This document shows, one piece after another, positions 1-10,475 of a stretch of DNA of 64,000 nt. The notes beneath the pieces were generated by a model, which saw only the letters and a program-made list of their open reading frames with translations, made no database searches and was not told the DNA's origin. Both the position numbers and the translations under genes were made by a program. Position 1 is the first letter of the stretch. Each line of letters opens with the position of its first letter. This stretch comes from Bacteroidales bacterium (GTDB lineage Bacteria; Bacteroidota; Bacteroidia; Bacteroidales; UBA3663). The DNA lies in NCBI GenBank assembly GCA_045600485.1, contig JAZRXX010000084.1, positions 7,449 through 71,448 of the forward strand, given 5' to 3'.

Positions 1-234
1 AACACCTTTATTCTGCAAGCCTACCGCATTGATCATACCGCTTGGAGTCTCAGCAAGACGAGGGTAAGCATTACCTTGGCGTGGGGCCAAAGTGGTTCCT
101 TTAACGATAAATCCACCCAGACGATTCAAGTCAATGAAGTCGGCAAATTCAACGCCATAACCAAATGTACCACTGGCTGTCAGGACTGGATTCTTGAACT
201 CAAGTCCTGCTATGCTTGTTTTTAAATCTGCCAT
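1..234 (-). CDS. pyrD: Dihydroorotate dehydrogenase (class 1B) catalytic subunit, N-terminal fragment; the gene runs off the left edge
   Basis: My reverse-strand translation from the ATG at 234 gives [78 protein letters not shown], a typical PyrD N-terminus. It starts 4 nt after the pyrK stop. It is absent from the ORF track because it is truncated. Confidence 0.85.
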   Translation of the reverse strand, partial: MADLKTSIAGLEFKNPVLTASGTFGYGVEFADFIDLNRLGGFIVKGTTLAPRQGNAYPRLAETPSGMINAVGLQNKGV

Positions 235-238
235 ATCT

Positions 239-1036
239 TTACCACTTTAAATCTTTAACATCAAATACCGGTCCATCACTACATACACACTTGTGACCTT
301 CCTTTGTGTCTTCTACACAACAAAGACACACACCCAATCCACAAGCCATCTTATTCTCAAGGCTTACTTCGCAGTAATGAGACTGCTCCATTTCCTTCCA
401 ATTGGCAATGGTCTTGGCCAACGCCTTCATCATCGGACCAGGACCACAAACACGAATTGCATCATACGCACCCGACACCAATCGGCTATGGTTAGTTACG
501 AATCCTTTCTGGCAATCCAATCCGTCGATCATTGTACCATCTTCTGTAGTCACGAGCACTTCACCGATCTGTTTGTACAAGTCCAATTCGACGAGATCCT
601 TTGCGCTGCGAGCACCTAACAAATAAGTAACGCGCGCGCCAGAATCCCTGAGTACAGCTCCCGTTTCTAATAACGGTGCAATACCAACTCCTCCACCTAC
701 CAGTAATACATGTTTGCCATTTAATGTAAAACCATTACCAAGAGGATAGACTATATTTAGAAGATCTCCAGTCTTCAGTTTGGCCAAAGCATTTGTTCCA
801 TTACCTGCTTTTTGTACAAGAAGCCATAGCTGATTCTTTGTCTTCAATACTCGATGAATAGAGATAGGGCGACGCAGGAACACTTTCGGTTCACGATCTA
901 TACGTACCTCAACAAACTGGCCAGGCCGAGTCTCCTGAATGGGAGATCCGTCTGCTGGGGTAAGCTTTAGTAAGAACAGTCGATCAGTAAGCGAAAGATT
1001 TTCTTCTACCCGAAAATCTGTCAAGTTCTTTTTCAT
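239..1036 (-). CDS. pyrK: Dihydroorotate dehydrogenase electron-transfer subunit (FAD/2Fe-2S)
   Basis: 265 aa. It has a ferredoxin-reductase-like fold signature ([16 protein letters not shown]) and a C-terminal Cys cluster ([11 protein letters not shown]...CVCSDGP). It lies directly upstream of pyrD. Confidence 0.9.
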   Translation of the reverse strand: MKKNLTDFRVEENLSLTDRLFLLKLTPADGSPIQETRPGQFVEVRIDREPKVFLRRPISIHRVLKTKNQLWLLVQKAGNGTNALAKLKTGDLLNIVYPLGNGFTLNGKHVLLVGGGVGIAPLLETGAVLRDSGARVTYLLGARSAKDLVELDLYKQIGEVLVTTEDGTMIDGLDCQKGFVTNHSRLVSGAYDAIRVCGPGPMMKALAKTIANWKEMEQSHYCEVSLENKMACGLGVCLCCVEDTKEGHKCVCSDGPVFDVKDLKW

Positions 1037-1656
1037 ATCGTTTGAGTTTGTTTTCTATTATAACGCACAGGCACGCGTTTTATTGTCTGGAGCAGCAAAT
1101 CCCCATCGGGCAGGAGAACGTCGAAAATAGCCCCGTTTCTGAAGGTTTTAACAATTGCAAATAACAGCAAAAACAATGTCATCTACAATATGCATATCCT
1201 AAAAACACGATATGTATACGCAACTTGGCGAAAGGAGGCCCAAAAGCGACTTGACATGCATGTAATTAAAATACCGAATTAAACATACAAACTATTAATA
1301 ATCAATATAGACACGCATTATTGCATTATATCAAATTCGCATTATACAGCGCAATATACAAAACAAAATGGTATTAGACCTCCGATTTATACAGAACACA
1401 TATTGTAACTAAATGATTTTATTATATTTACAACAATATATTCATAATGTATATTTTTTAACAAACACATATGCATTGATTATTCATTTTTGCATAAAGC
1501 AGAATCTCAACCTGATGTATAGTTTGAATATTCTGCGAAATAACAAGTGTTAAAACCATTACACGAACGCATCATTGTTAAAAAAGTGCTTTTTCTCTAT
1601 AAAAACTTATAATAAAATTAAATTTGAAAAAACTTGCTAATCTCGTCAAAAATAGT

Positions 1657-1664
1657 TATCTTTG
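1657..1664 (+). promoter_or_regulatory. Bacteroidetes-type -7 box TAnnTTTG
   Basis: TATCTTTG, 31 nt upstream of ATG 1696. Confidence 0.45.
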
Positions 1665-1695
1665 CCAAGCAATAATCAATACACATACAATCGTT

Positions 1696-2187
1696 ATGAC
1701 CTACCAGGATTTTACCAATATATTCATTCCAAATCTAGCTCGTCTCTATCGCGAAAAAAAAATATCGCTGCATGGACTGGTTGACTTTCATACATGGAGT
1801 CAGGTCCTCCCCGAGCCCGATGAACTGACCAATGACTTCCAATGGAAAAAGATCAGCTTTAACGCATTTTCGCTAGAAGATGAAGAAAATTCCCTATTGC
1901 TTGTTTACAGTATCCCTCTCTTTAATCAGAAGAAAGAGGCCGAGTTTATTGGTATTCGTTTGAACAATAACCGAGACAAGCTTATTCTCTACTCTCTTCG
2001 CCGACCAAGATACAACGATGATCCTTGGGATATTTGTCAGTATGACTTTGATAAGGGTGATGAAGTGTTTCTTGACAAGATAAAAGGAACAGACAGTATG
2101 CGAGAGTTCATGAACGCGATACAGCAAATGGAATTCAAAGAAAAGCCGACCTTATTCGAGCGTTTAGTGAACATCATATACAATTAA
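1696..2187 (+). CDS. Hypothetical protein (about 163 aa)
   Basis: The ORF track starts at TTG 1624, but a TAtcTTTG promoter box lies inside that extension (1657-1664). I therefore prefer ATG 1696 (MTYQDFTNIF...). I recognise no motif. Confidence 0.5.
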   Translation: MTYQDFTNIFIPNLARLYREKKISLHGLVDFHTWSQVLPEPDELTNDFQWKKISFNAFSLEDEENSLLLVYSIPLFNQKKEAEFIGIRLNNNRDKLILYSLRRPRYNDDPWDICQYDFDKGDEVFLDKIKGTDSMREFMNAIQQMEFKEKPTLFERLVNIIYN

Positions 2188-2318
2188 CGAGTCTCATATT
2201 TATATAATGTTCGCGCGCGACTTTTATGTTTGTATTTCAAATCAACGATAATAGGCGTGTTTTTCATTACTTTTTTCAATAATTTTACGAAATATTTTGC
2301 CATATCGGAAGAAAGGTC

Positions 2319-2326
2319 TATCTTTG
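2319..2326 (+). promoter_or_regulatory. Bacteroidetes-type -7 box TAnnTTTG (uvrB)
   Basis: TATCTTTG, 25 nt upstream of ATG 2352. Confidence 0.5.
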
Positions 2327-2351
2327 CGCTTGTTAAGAGACTACAGAATAC

Positions 2352-4433
2352 ATGATATTTGATCTTCAATCTCCATTCAAGCCTATGGGCGACCAGCCCG
2401 AAGCCATCCGTCAACTCACGGAAGGACTAGAACAAGGAACGACCTCAGCACAGACATTGCTGGGCGTTACTGGTTCTGGCAAGACATTCACTATGGCCAA
2501 TGTAATTGCTAATTCTGATCGTCCTACACTTATTCTGAGTCACAACAAAACACTTGCAGCTCAGCTTTATGGAGAGATGAAAGCCTTCTTTCCAAACAAT
2601 GCTGTTGAGTATTTTGTTTCTTACTACGACTACTATCAACCTGAAGCCTATATCCCTAGTACCGACACCTACATCGAAAAGGATTTAGCCATCAATATGG
2701 AGCTCGACCAATTGCGTCTTTCCGCCACAAACGCTCTCCTCTCCGGCCGTCGAGATGTAGTCGTTGTTAGCTCAGTATCCTGTCTCTATGGCATAGGAAA
2801 TCCAGAAGACTTTCATGCCAATATGATTCACATAGAGGTTGGTCAAGAGGTTCTTAGAGACGACCTCTTACGAGCCTTACTAAATGCACAATATACTCGC
2901 AACGATATTGCCCTGCAGCGGGGTAATTTCCAAGTTAAGGGAGAAACTGTAGATGTGTTCCTGGCAGCAACAGATGTCATTGTTCGTATTCATTTTTGCT
3001 TCGATGAGATAGAAGAAATTGAAACTCTTGATGTGATGACTGGACATGTCTTGGCTCGTCACAACGAGTACACCATCTCTCCTGCTCAGATCTTCACCAC
3101 AACCAAGGATCGAATAGACAGTGCAGTCGATGAAATCACACTGGACCTTGGTTCTCAAATTCAATATTTCGAAGAGATTGGAGAACCAGAAAAGGCAGAG
3201 CGAATCAAGGAACGCGTAACCTACGATATTGAGATGATCAAAGAGGTAGGTTATTGTTCTGGAATTGAGAATTACAGTCGTTACTTTGACCGACGAAAAC
3301 CTGGAACTCGACCATTCTGTTTGTTGGACTTTTTTCCAAAAGATTATCTGCTGATCATCGACGAAAGTCACGTCACCATCCCTCAAATTCATGCCATGTC
3401 AGGTGGTGACTTCAAACGAAAATCCACGTTGGTTGACTACGGTTTTCGTCTGCCCGCAGCCATAGATAACCGTCCACTCAAGTTCGAGGAATTCGAAAGT
3501 CTCACGCCAAACACCATCTATGTAAGTGCGACTCCTGCAGATTATGAATTGGAGCGTTGTGAAGGAATCGTGGCTGAGCAGTTGATTCGTCCAACCGGCC
3601 TCCTCGACCCTATAATTGAGGTTCGTCCATCAATGAATCAAATTGATGACTTGATGGAAGAAATTCAAAAAAATATAGAAGCCGACGAACGAACGTTGGT
3701 CACTACGCTAACCAAAAAGATGGCAGAAGAACTCGATGATTATCTTCACAATCATAGCATCCATTCTGCCTATATTCACAGCGATGTTGATACCCTTGAC
3801 CGTGTAAAGTTAATGGATGAACTGCGAGCCGGAAACTTTGATGTACTGGTGGGGGTCAACCTCTTGCGAGAGGGACTTGACTTGCCAGAAGTATCGCTCG
3901 TAGCTATTTTGGATGCAGACAAAGAGGGTTTCCTTCGCAACGAGCGTTCATTGACACAGACGGTAGGTCGTGCCGCTCGCAATGTGCATGGTCGCGCCAT
4001 CATGTATGCTGATAAGATTACAGGATCGATGCAACGAACCATCGAGGAAACCGAACGCCGCCGAATGAAACAGATGCGCTACAATCAGGAGAACGGTATC
4101 GTGCCCAAGCAGATCAAAAAGAAAATCAACACATTGCTCGACAATGAAGAACTCAAGCAGACGCGAGAGCAATTCGCCTATAGGGCACCGGAACTCTCCA
4201 ACAAAACCGCAGCTCCTTCCCTCTCATCTGTCTCATCTGAAAAGCGTGTTGTGGCAGATGCTACAGAGGTTCAGTACCACAGTCTACCATTCCTGGAAGA
4301 AGAAGTTGAACGTACCAAGCAGAAGATGATGGCTGCCGCTAAAGCACTCGACTTCATGGAGGCTGCCCATCTGCGTGACTACATGCTCATGCTGCAAGAA
4401 CGCATCGACAAGATGAAAGAAAACAATTCTTAA
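2352..4433 (+). CDS. uvrB: Excinuclease ABC subunit B
   Basis: 693 aa. It has Walker A GVTGSGKTFT, helicase motifs, and a C-terminal UVR motif (ALDFMEAAHLRDYM). Confidence 0.97.
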   Translation: MIFDLQSPFKPMGDQPEAIRQLTEGLEQGTTSAQTLLGVTGSGKTFTMANVIANSDRPTLILSHNKTLAAQLYGEMKAFFPNNAVEYFVSYYDYYQPEAYIPSTDTYIEKDLAINMELDQLRLSATNALLSGRRDVVVVSSVSCLYGIGNPEDFHANMIHIEVGQEVLRDDLLRALLNAQYTRNDIALQRGNFQVKGETVDVFLAATDVIVRIHFCFDEIEEIETLDVMTGHVLARHNEYTISPAQIFTTTKDRIDSAVDEITLDLGSQIQYFEEIGEPEKAERIKERVTYDIEMIKEVGYCSGIENYSRYFDRRKPGTRPFCLLDFFPKDYLLIIDESHVTIPQIHAMSGGDFKRKSTLVDYGFRLPAAIDNRPLKFEEFESLTPNTIYVSATPADYELERCEGIVAEQLIRPTGLLDPIIEVRPSMNQIDDLMEEIQKNIEADERTLVTTLTKKMAEELDDYLHNHSIHSAYIHSDVDTLDRVKLMDELRAGNFDVLVGVNLLREGLDLPEVSLVAILDADKEGFLRNERSLTQTVGRAARNVHGRAIMYADKITGSMQRTIEETERRRMKQMRYNQENGIVPKQIKKKINTLLDNEELKQTREQFAYRAPELSNKTAAPSLSSVSSEKRVVADATEVQYHSLPFLEEEVERTKQKMMAAAKALDFMEAAHLRDYMLMLQERIDKMKENNS

Positions 4434-4450
4434 AATAACCGCCTAGAGCC

Positions 4451-4525
4451 TCACTAATCGCATTGTGTACGCTCGAAGCACATTATCAACCAGGCCCATA
4501 TCTCGTCACTAACCGCATTGTTGAC
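4451..4525. repeat. 20-bp direct repeat x2 in the uvrB-fhs intergenic region
   Basis: TCACTAATCGCATTGTGTAC (4451-4470) and TCACTAACCGCATTGTTGAC (4506-4525), 17/20 identical with 55-bp spacing. Confidence 0.8.
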
Positions 4526-4557
4526 AGTGGAGAAGGCCATAAAACCTTTTTATCGAT

Positions 4558-6234
4558 ATGAAATCAGATATCGAAATTGCACGCGAGACTAAGCTCGAAC
4601 GTATCGAGAAGATCGCAGAGAAAGTTGGAATCAATCCAGCAGACATTTATCCTTATGGCCATTACATCGCCAAGGTACCATTGAATTACATTAATGAGGA
4701 GAAGGCTAAGAAGAGCAACCTGATCCTGGTAACATCCATCTCTGCCACCAAAGCAGGTATCGGTAAGACCACCGTTTCAATTGGTCTCGATCTCGGCTTG
4801 AACAAGATTGGCAAAAATGCCATCGTTGTGCTTCGTGAGCCTTCGCTCGGCCCATGCTTTGGCGTGAAAGGTGGTGCTGCTGGTGGCGGTTATGCTCAAG
4901 TATTACCTATGGAGAAGATCAACCTCCACTTTACTGGCGATTTCCATGCTGTGACATCAGCTCACAACATGATTACCGCTCTCCTTGACAACTACTTCTA
5001 TCAGCGTCGCAAGGAGCTTCCACCTCTCAAGCAGGTTCTTTGGAAGCGCGTACTCGATGTTAACGATCGCGGTTTGCGTAAGATCATTCAGGGTCTGGGC
5101 GGCTTGAACAACGGTCTGCCTCAGGAATCGGGCTTCGACATCACTCCTGCTTCTGAAATCATGGCAATCCTCTGTTTGTCTACATCTCGCGAGGATTTGC
5201 GTCGTCGAATCGAAAACATTCTCTTGGGTTATCGTTATGACGGAACCCCTTTCACCGTTAAAGACATGGGCTGTGCCGGCGCCATCTGCGTTCTCCTTGA
5301 GGATGCTTTGATGCCAAACCTCGTACAGACCTCAGAGAATACTCCAGCCATCGTGCACGGTGGACCTTTTGCCAATATCGCACACGGTTGTAATACCATT
5401 CTGGCTACCAAATTGGGCATGAGTTTAGCAGAATACACCGTGACAGAAGCTGGTTTCGGAGCAGACCTTGGAGCAGAAAAATTCCTCGATATCAAGTGTC
5501 GTAAGGCTGGTCTTTGTCCTAAACTCACGGTTGTGGTGGCTACCTGCAATGGTCTTAAGTTGCATGGCGGTGCCGATGCTGATCGCATCAAGGAACCAAA
5601 CATGGAGGCACTCCAGAAGGGCTTTGCCAACCTCGATCGCCATGTGCGCAACATGCAAGGCTTCGGCCAGACAGTTTTGGTCGCCTTCAACCGTTTTGCC
5701 AACGATACCGACGATGAAATCCAATGTCTCATTAACCATTGTGAAAAGGAACTCGGCGTGAAGTGTGTCGTGAACGATGGCTTCCTTCATGGTGGCGAAG
5801 GCGCAGCAGAACTTGCTAAGGCTGTCGTTGCTGAGATTGAAAATAACCCATCGCAGCCAACACTCAACTTCACCTATCAGGACGATGAAACACCGAAAGC
5901 CAAGATCGAGGCTGTTGCCAAGAAGATTTATGGAGCAGCATCTGTCTCCTTCAGCGAGAAGGCAAACAAGATGCTCAAGTTGGTGCATGACTCTGGTCTC
6001 GACTCCTTCCCTGTTTGCGTGGCCAAGACCCAGTTCTCGTTCACACCAGATCCAAAGAAGGTCGGCGCTCCTTCGGGATTCAACTTCGATATTCAAGACA
6101 TCGTCATCAATCAGGGCTCAGAATTCATTGTTGCTATTGCAGGTGAGATGATGCGTATGCCAGGACTGCCCAAAACTCCAGCAGCCGAAATCATTGATAT
6201 CGATGAAAACGGAGAAATTACTGGTCTTTCTTAA
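4558..6234 (+). CDS. fhs: Formate--tetrahydrofolate ligase
   Basis: 558 aa. It has the typical N-terminus MKSDIEIA and nucleotide loop [14 protein letters not shown]. Length and overall sequence are typical of FTHFS. Confidence 0.95.
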   Translation: MKSDIEIARETKLERIEKIAEKVGINPADIYPYGHYIAKVPLNYINEEKAKKSNLILVTSISATKAGIGKTTVSIGLDLGLNKIGKNAIVVLREPSLGPCFGVKGGAAGGGYAQVLPMEKINLHFTGDFHAVTSAHNMITALLDNYFYQRRKELPPLKQVLWKRVLDVNDRGLRKIIQGLGGLNNGLPQESGFDITPASEIMAILCLSTSREDLRRRIENILLGYRYDGTPFTVKDMGCAGAICVLLEDALMPNLVQTSENTPAIVHGGPFANIAHGCNTILATKLGMSLAEYTVTEAGFGADLGAEKFLDIKCRKAGLCPKLTVVVATCNGLKLHGGADADRIKEPNMEALQKGFANLDRHVRNMQGFGQTVLVAFNRFANDTDDEIQCLINHCEKELGVKCVVNDGFLHGGEGAAELAKAVVAEIENNPSQPTLNFTYQDDETPKAKIEAVAKKIYGAASVSFSEKANKMLKLVHDSGLDSFPVCVAKTQFSFTPDPKKVGAPSGFNFDIQDIVINQGSEFIVAIAGEMMRMPGLPKTPAAEIIDIDENGEITGLS

Positions 6235-6338
6235 TTGTAAGAAATGATAAAAATGGTAAAACAAAGTTCTCTGCTTGTTTGATTCTTATCCAATTCTATA
6301 CAACGAGTGCAAAAAGAAAATAACTCGTCTATTGATAC

Positions 6339-6376
6339 AAAAAACACACTGCTTTCACGATAGCAGTGTGTTTTTT
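6339..6376. terminator. Bidirectional terminator between the convergent fhs and wHTH genes
   Basis: AAAAAACACACTGCT-ttcacgat-AGCAGTGTGTTTTTT is a perfect 10-bp GC-containing stem flanked by A-run and T-run. Confidence 0.7.
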
Positions 6377-6398
6377 ATCTTGTATAAAAAGAAGGATA

Positions 6399-6599
6399 TC
6401 AGAGAAGAGTAACAACAATATCGTCTTCAGACTTCTCAATGCAAACCTTGCCCTCGCGAGCGAGCCAACCCAAGGCTGCATACAAATCCTTATCACTCTT
6501 CAACTTGGTAGCCTTTTTAAGAGCTTTACCTGTTTGGCCATTTGAAGCATTAAGAGCATTCCAAATAAGACCTGCATTTGTTCCGATAATTTCAATCAT
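6399..6599 (-). CDS. Small winged-helix-like protein (DUF2582-like)
   Basis: MIEIIGTNAGLIWNALN...LGWLAREGKV resembles small wHTH proteins common in Bacteroidales. I prefer the internal ATG at 6599 over the track start at 6644. Confidence 0.5.
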   Translation of the reverse strand: MIEIIGTNAGLIWNALNASNGQTGKALKKATKLKSDKDLYAALGWLAREGKVCIEKSEDDIVVTLL

Positions 6600-6760
6600 A
6601 ACACAACATAGATTAAAAGTTAATAATAGTATTTGGTATTGCAAATGTACAACTCATATAGAAAACATCCAAAAAAAGGAACGAAAAAAGAGCAACTTAT
6701 GGTAATTATACCTTAAAGTCGCTCTTTTTTGCAATTTTTAACTATCAATAAAATAGTTCT

Positions 6761-8092
6761 TTACTTGATCCATCGAATAATCTCTTTGAAGGTAAATTTG
6801 CGACCATACATCAAGATTCCCGTACGATAAATACGTGCAGATATCCATAAAATACCTAAAGCTGTAGCATAAAGCAACATAAGACTACAAATCAATTCGT
6901 ACCATGGCAAATCATAAGGCAGACGAATCATCATTACTACAGGCGAAGTAAATGGAACCATCGAACACCAGAAGGCTAATGGTCCATCAGGATTCTCCAT
7001 CGAGAACATACCTGCATAAAGAGCAAATACCATAATCATCATGATTGGAGCAGTGAATTGAGAGGCATCACTTGCTTGATCTACAGCAGAACCAAAAGCG
7101 GCAAAGAGACTTGCATAGAGCAGGTAACCACCTATAAAGTAAAGTACAAAGCAGACCAGAATTTGAGTGTAGTTCACATTCAATACCATCTGAATGATAC
7201 GAGACATAGTATCATCGCCCATATTTGCCATTGCTTCAACTCCAGGACCATGAGGTTGCATACCCGCAAGTTCCGGCATAGAAGTTGCCATGGTAGAAAT
7301 CCCAAATATGGTACCGATAATGCTTAAAATAGCAGTCCAAAGGGCAATTTGAGTCAAACCAACCAATGCTACACCGATGATTTTTCCCATCATCAACTCA
7401 AATGGTTTGCAAGTAGAGATAATAACCTCGACAATACGGTTTGTTTTCTCCTCGACAACACTATTCATTATCATGGCACCATAGATGATGACAAACATAT
7501 AGGTCAGCAAAGCAAGGATGAGACCTAAAATCATGCTCAATTCGGAAGAAGAGATGCTCTCATCACCTTCTTTGCTCCATTTGATATTGGTAGTCTTGAT
7601 ACCAGGATCACAGTTATCAATAATAGCCTCCAAACTGTCTATTGCATAGGCCTTAATGCGTTCATCTCGTACCGCCTTTCTGAGCGAACGGGAGACGGCA
7701 CGTTCAAGACTGCCATTCACACTCTTTTCGCTATAAATAGAAACCTTTGTACTTTGCACCAGATCGGAGGGAATAACAACCAATGCATAAAGACTATTTT
7801 CATTCTGCTGATAAATCTGATGCATATCAACAGAAGAATCTACTGGGGCAGTAATTGATTGAAATATATAATCTTCATCATCATGAATTGAGGATGCAAA
7901 ACGAGCATTTTCGCTTTGGTCAACGACAGCAACGATTTTGCGCTCATCGCTTTTTGCTTGTGACATCAAAACAGGCAATACACCACACAAGATGATAGAA
8001 AGAATAGGAACCAGGATGGTAGTGAAGATGAAAGACTTCTTGCAAACCATCTGCACATACTCGCGTTTGATAATAATAGGAAGTCTACTCAT
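6761..8092 (-). CDS. ABC-2 type transporter permease (NatB-like)
   Basis: 443 aa. It has an N-terminal TM segment, a large extracytoplasmic loop and a C-terminal multi-TM bundle. It overlaps the upstream ATPase gene by 8 nt. Confidence 0.8.
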   Translation of the reverse strand: MSRLPIIIKREYVQMVCKKSFIFTTILVPILSIILCGVLPVLMSQAKSDERKIVAVVDQSENARFASSIHDDEDYIFQSITAPVDSSVDMHQIYQQNENSLYALVVIPSDLVQSTKVSIYSEKSVNGSLERAVSRSLRKAVRDERIKAYAIDSLEAIIDNCDPGIKTTNIKWSKEGDESISSSELSMILGLILALLTYMFVIIYGAMIMNSVVEEKTNRIVEVIISTCKPFELMMGKIIGVALVGLTQIALWTAILSIIGTIFGISTMATSMPELAGMQPHGPGVEAMANMGDDTMSRIIQMVLNVNYTQILVCFVLYFIGGYLLYASLFAAFGSAVDQASDASQFTAPIMMIMVFALYAGMFSMENPDGPLAFWCSMVPFTSPVVMMIRLPYDLPWYELICSLMLLYATALGILWISARIYRTGILMYGRKFTFKEIIRWIK

Positions 8093-8939
8093 AGTCGGTC
8101 GATTTTACAGTTTCAACAAATACTTCGTGCATGGATGGAAGAATCTCTCTGAATCCAGTTAATGCATATTCATCATTCAGACGTGCAATTGCATCATGCA
8201 TGGTTTCATTTTCCTTCAAGGTATAGTTGAAGGCTTGTCCTTCAGCAGTAGTAACTTCGAGTATGTTCTTCTTGAACTGTTGTCGGATATCACTAACCTT
8301 GCCTTGAAGCACAGCTTTCGCATGATTGATCAAGGTAATCTCTTGACAGACCTCCTCAACCGAAGACATATTATGGGTAGAAAAAAGAATTGCAGCTCCC
8401 TCATTCTTAAGGCGAAGAATTTCCTGCTTAAGCAAATCTGCATTTACAGGATCGAAGCCAGAAAAAGGTTCGTCGAAAATCATCAACGGTGGGCGGTGCA
8501 TTACCGTTGTGATAAATTGTACCTTTTGGGCCATACCCTTCGATAATTGTTCGAGTTTCTTGTCTGCCCATTCCGTCAAATTGAAACGCTGTAACCATTC
8601 GTCCATCGCAGTCCGCGCATCGTGTTTGCTCATGCCACGCAATTGGCCGAGATAAAGAATTTGATCAGAAACTTTCATTTTTTTGTACAATCCACGCTCT
8701 TCTGGCATATAACCTATATGACGAACGTCATCATCTGTCATAGGTTTGCCATGCATCAGTACTTCGCCACTATCGGCATGTGTAATTCTGTTGATGATAC
8801 GGATTAATGATGTTTTGCCTGCACCATTCGGTCCAAGCAATCCATAGATGCTGCCATCTGGAACTTCGAGCGACACATGATCGACCGCTGTATGTCCAGA
8901 ATACTGTTTGCAGACATCCTTAACTTGAATGTAAGCCAT
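8085..8939 (-). CDS. ABC transporter ATP-binding protein (NatA-like)
   Basis: It has Walker A GPNGAGKTS, signature LSKGMAQKV and Walker B MIFDEPFSGFD. Confidence 0.9.
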   Translation of the reverse strand: MAYIQVKDVCKQYSGHTAVDHVSLEVPDGSIYGLLGPNGAGKTSLIRIINRITHADSGEVLMHGKPMTDDDVRHIGYMPEERGLYKKMKVSDQILYLGQLRGMSKHDARTAMDEWLQRFNLTEWADKKLEQLSKGMAQKVQFITTVMHRPPLMIFDEPFSGFDPVNADLLKQEILRLKNEGAAILFSTHNMSSVEEVCQEITLINHAKAVLQGKVSDIRQQFKKNILEVTTAEGQAFNYTLKENETMHDAIARLNDEYALTGFREILPSMHEVFVETVKSTDYE

Positions 8940-9044
8940 TGTTGATTAAATCTGTTCCCAACCTTTCCCTTAAACAGTTCGGAACGTAATGTTTTGATAG
9001 TAAATAATACTCCCCTTCCCATAAGGGAGGGAAAGGGAGTTTGG

Positions 9045-10469
9045 TTATAGATTTTTTCTTAGCTCTTCGACTCGTTCTGCAATCCTTTGCAATTGGTCTG
9101 GAATACGGATCTTTTGTGGACAATGAGGTTGACATTTGCCACAGCCCACACAATGGTCTGCCTGACGAACAGATTCGACTGCACGATCGTAACTGATCAA
9201 ATACTCTTTGCGCAGACGGCGATAATCTGGATCCTCCTGATCTTTAGGCACTGCACCTTCGTTCACAAGTTTGTTGTAATGAACAAAAATAGATGGAATA
9301 TCGATACCATAAGGGCATGGAATACAATACTTGCAGTCATTACATGGAATTGTTGGATATTTCAGAATCATCTGAGCAGTCTCCTCGAGGAAGTCTTGTT
9401 CCTCTTTAGTCAACGTTTCCATTGGGCTATGGGTACGCACATTGTCTTGAAGATGTTCCATATAGGTCATACCACTCAAAGAACACATGACACCAGGATA
9501 TGTTCCCAAGAAGCGGAATGCCCATGAAGCAACGCTGTCCTCAGGACGGCTGGCCTTTAGGTGATTCACAACATGTGTAGGAAGTTTGACAAGACGACCA
9601 CCCAACAACGGTTCCATGATGACAGCAGGGATGCCACGTTTCTCCAATTCATAATATAAATATGAGGCATTGACATTGCGTGCATTTTGGGCTTTGGCAT
9701 TGTTCCAATCGACATAGTTCATTTGAATTTGGACAAAATCCCATTTGTAGCGACCTTCGTCATCCCATTTCAACATTTGGTCAAAGACTTCGACATCACC
9801 ATGAAAAGAGAAACCCAAATTTCGGATTACCCCCTTCTCCTTTTGTTCTACAAGCCAATCCAACAAACCATTGTTCATAAAACGCTGGTTGAAATTATCC
9901 ATGCCACCACCTCCAATGGAATGCAACAGCAAATAATCGATGTAGTCGGTCTGTAAGAATCGCAAAGAATCGCGCAACATCTTTTGCGATGCTTCAAGAG
10001 ATTGTGTCTGTGGTGCAAAATTGGAAAGCTTAGTGGCTATGAAGTAGCTGCTACGAGGATAACCAGAAGCTACCAACGCAGTACCAGTTGCCTCCTCCGA
10101 GAAGCCTTTGCAGTAAACCGGGCTTGTATCGAAATAGTTGACACCATGATCAAGGGCATATTTAACCAATTCATTAATACGTTCCTGATCCAGGTCATTG
10201 CCATCGGCACGAGCCTGCTCCTTATCGACTTGTGGTAAGCGCATCATACCATATCCAAGCAACGAAACCTTATCGTCACCTCGACGGTTCGTGCGATATG
10301 TCATCTCTCCCAGTGGCTTTTCCCCAGTTCCGACATTTCCAGTAATGGCATTAGCTACCTGCTGGCTACCAGCCCCACCGGTACAACTCTCAAGGGTTGC
10401 TACAGCACCCAATACAGCGCCGGCTGCGCCTGCACGCTTCAAAAACTCTCTTCTATCAAGATTCTTCAT
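9045..10469 (-). CDS. Tat-signal aldo/keto reductase with a C-terminal 4Fe-4S ferredoxin-like domain
   Basis: It has a twin-arginine leader (MKNLDRREFLKRAGAAGAV), an AKR core, and C-terminal Cys motifs (CNDCKYCIPCP and CVGCGKCQPHCP). Confidence 0.85.
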   Translation of the reverse strand: MKNLDRREFLKRAGAAGAVLGAVATLESCTGGAGSQQVANAITGNVGTGEKPLGEMTYRTNRRGDDKVSLLGYGMMRLPQVDKEQARADGNDLDQERINELVKYALDHGVNYFDTSPVYCKGFSEEATGTALVASGYPRSSYFIATKLSNFAPQTQSLEASQKMLRDSLRFLQTDYIDYLLLHSIGGGGMDNFNQRFMNNGLLDWLVEQKEKGVIRNLGFSFHGDVEVFDQMLKWDDEGRYKWDFVQIQMNYVDWNNAKAQNARNVNASYLYYELEKRGIPAVIMEPLLGGRLVKLPTHVVNHLKASRPEDSVASWAFRFLGTYPGVMCSLSGMTYMEHLQDNVRTHSPMETLTKEEQDFLEETAQMILKYPTIPCNDCKYCIPCPYGIDIPSIFVHYNKLVNEGAVPKDQEDPDYRRLRKEYLISYDRAVESVRQADHCVGCGKCQPHCPQKIRIPDQLQRIAERVEELRKNL

Positions 10470-10475
10470 GGTTCA

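Noticed and set aside
1037-1623. The AT-rich gap of about 590 bp upstream of pyrK, considered as a possible RNA gene or mobile-element scar.
   Set aside because: I could find only low-complexity AT-rich sequence, with no significant repeats, hairpins or ORFs. It is consistent with a divergent promoter region.
5235-6151. Several 97-223 aa ORFs overlapping fhs on both strands.
   Set aside because: They lie inside a strongly conserved, well-recognised gene and their composition is antisense or off-frame.
8990-9044. The CTCCCCTTCCC-ATAA-GGGAGGGAAAGGGAG element, considered as a possible dispersed REP-like repeat.
   Set aside because: There is only one copy in the window. The imperfect hairpin sits where the terminator of the reductase gene is expected. 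Its dispersal cannot be assessed without the genome.
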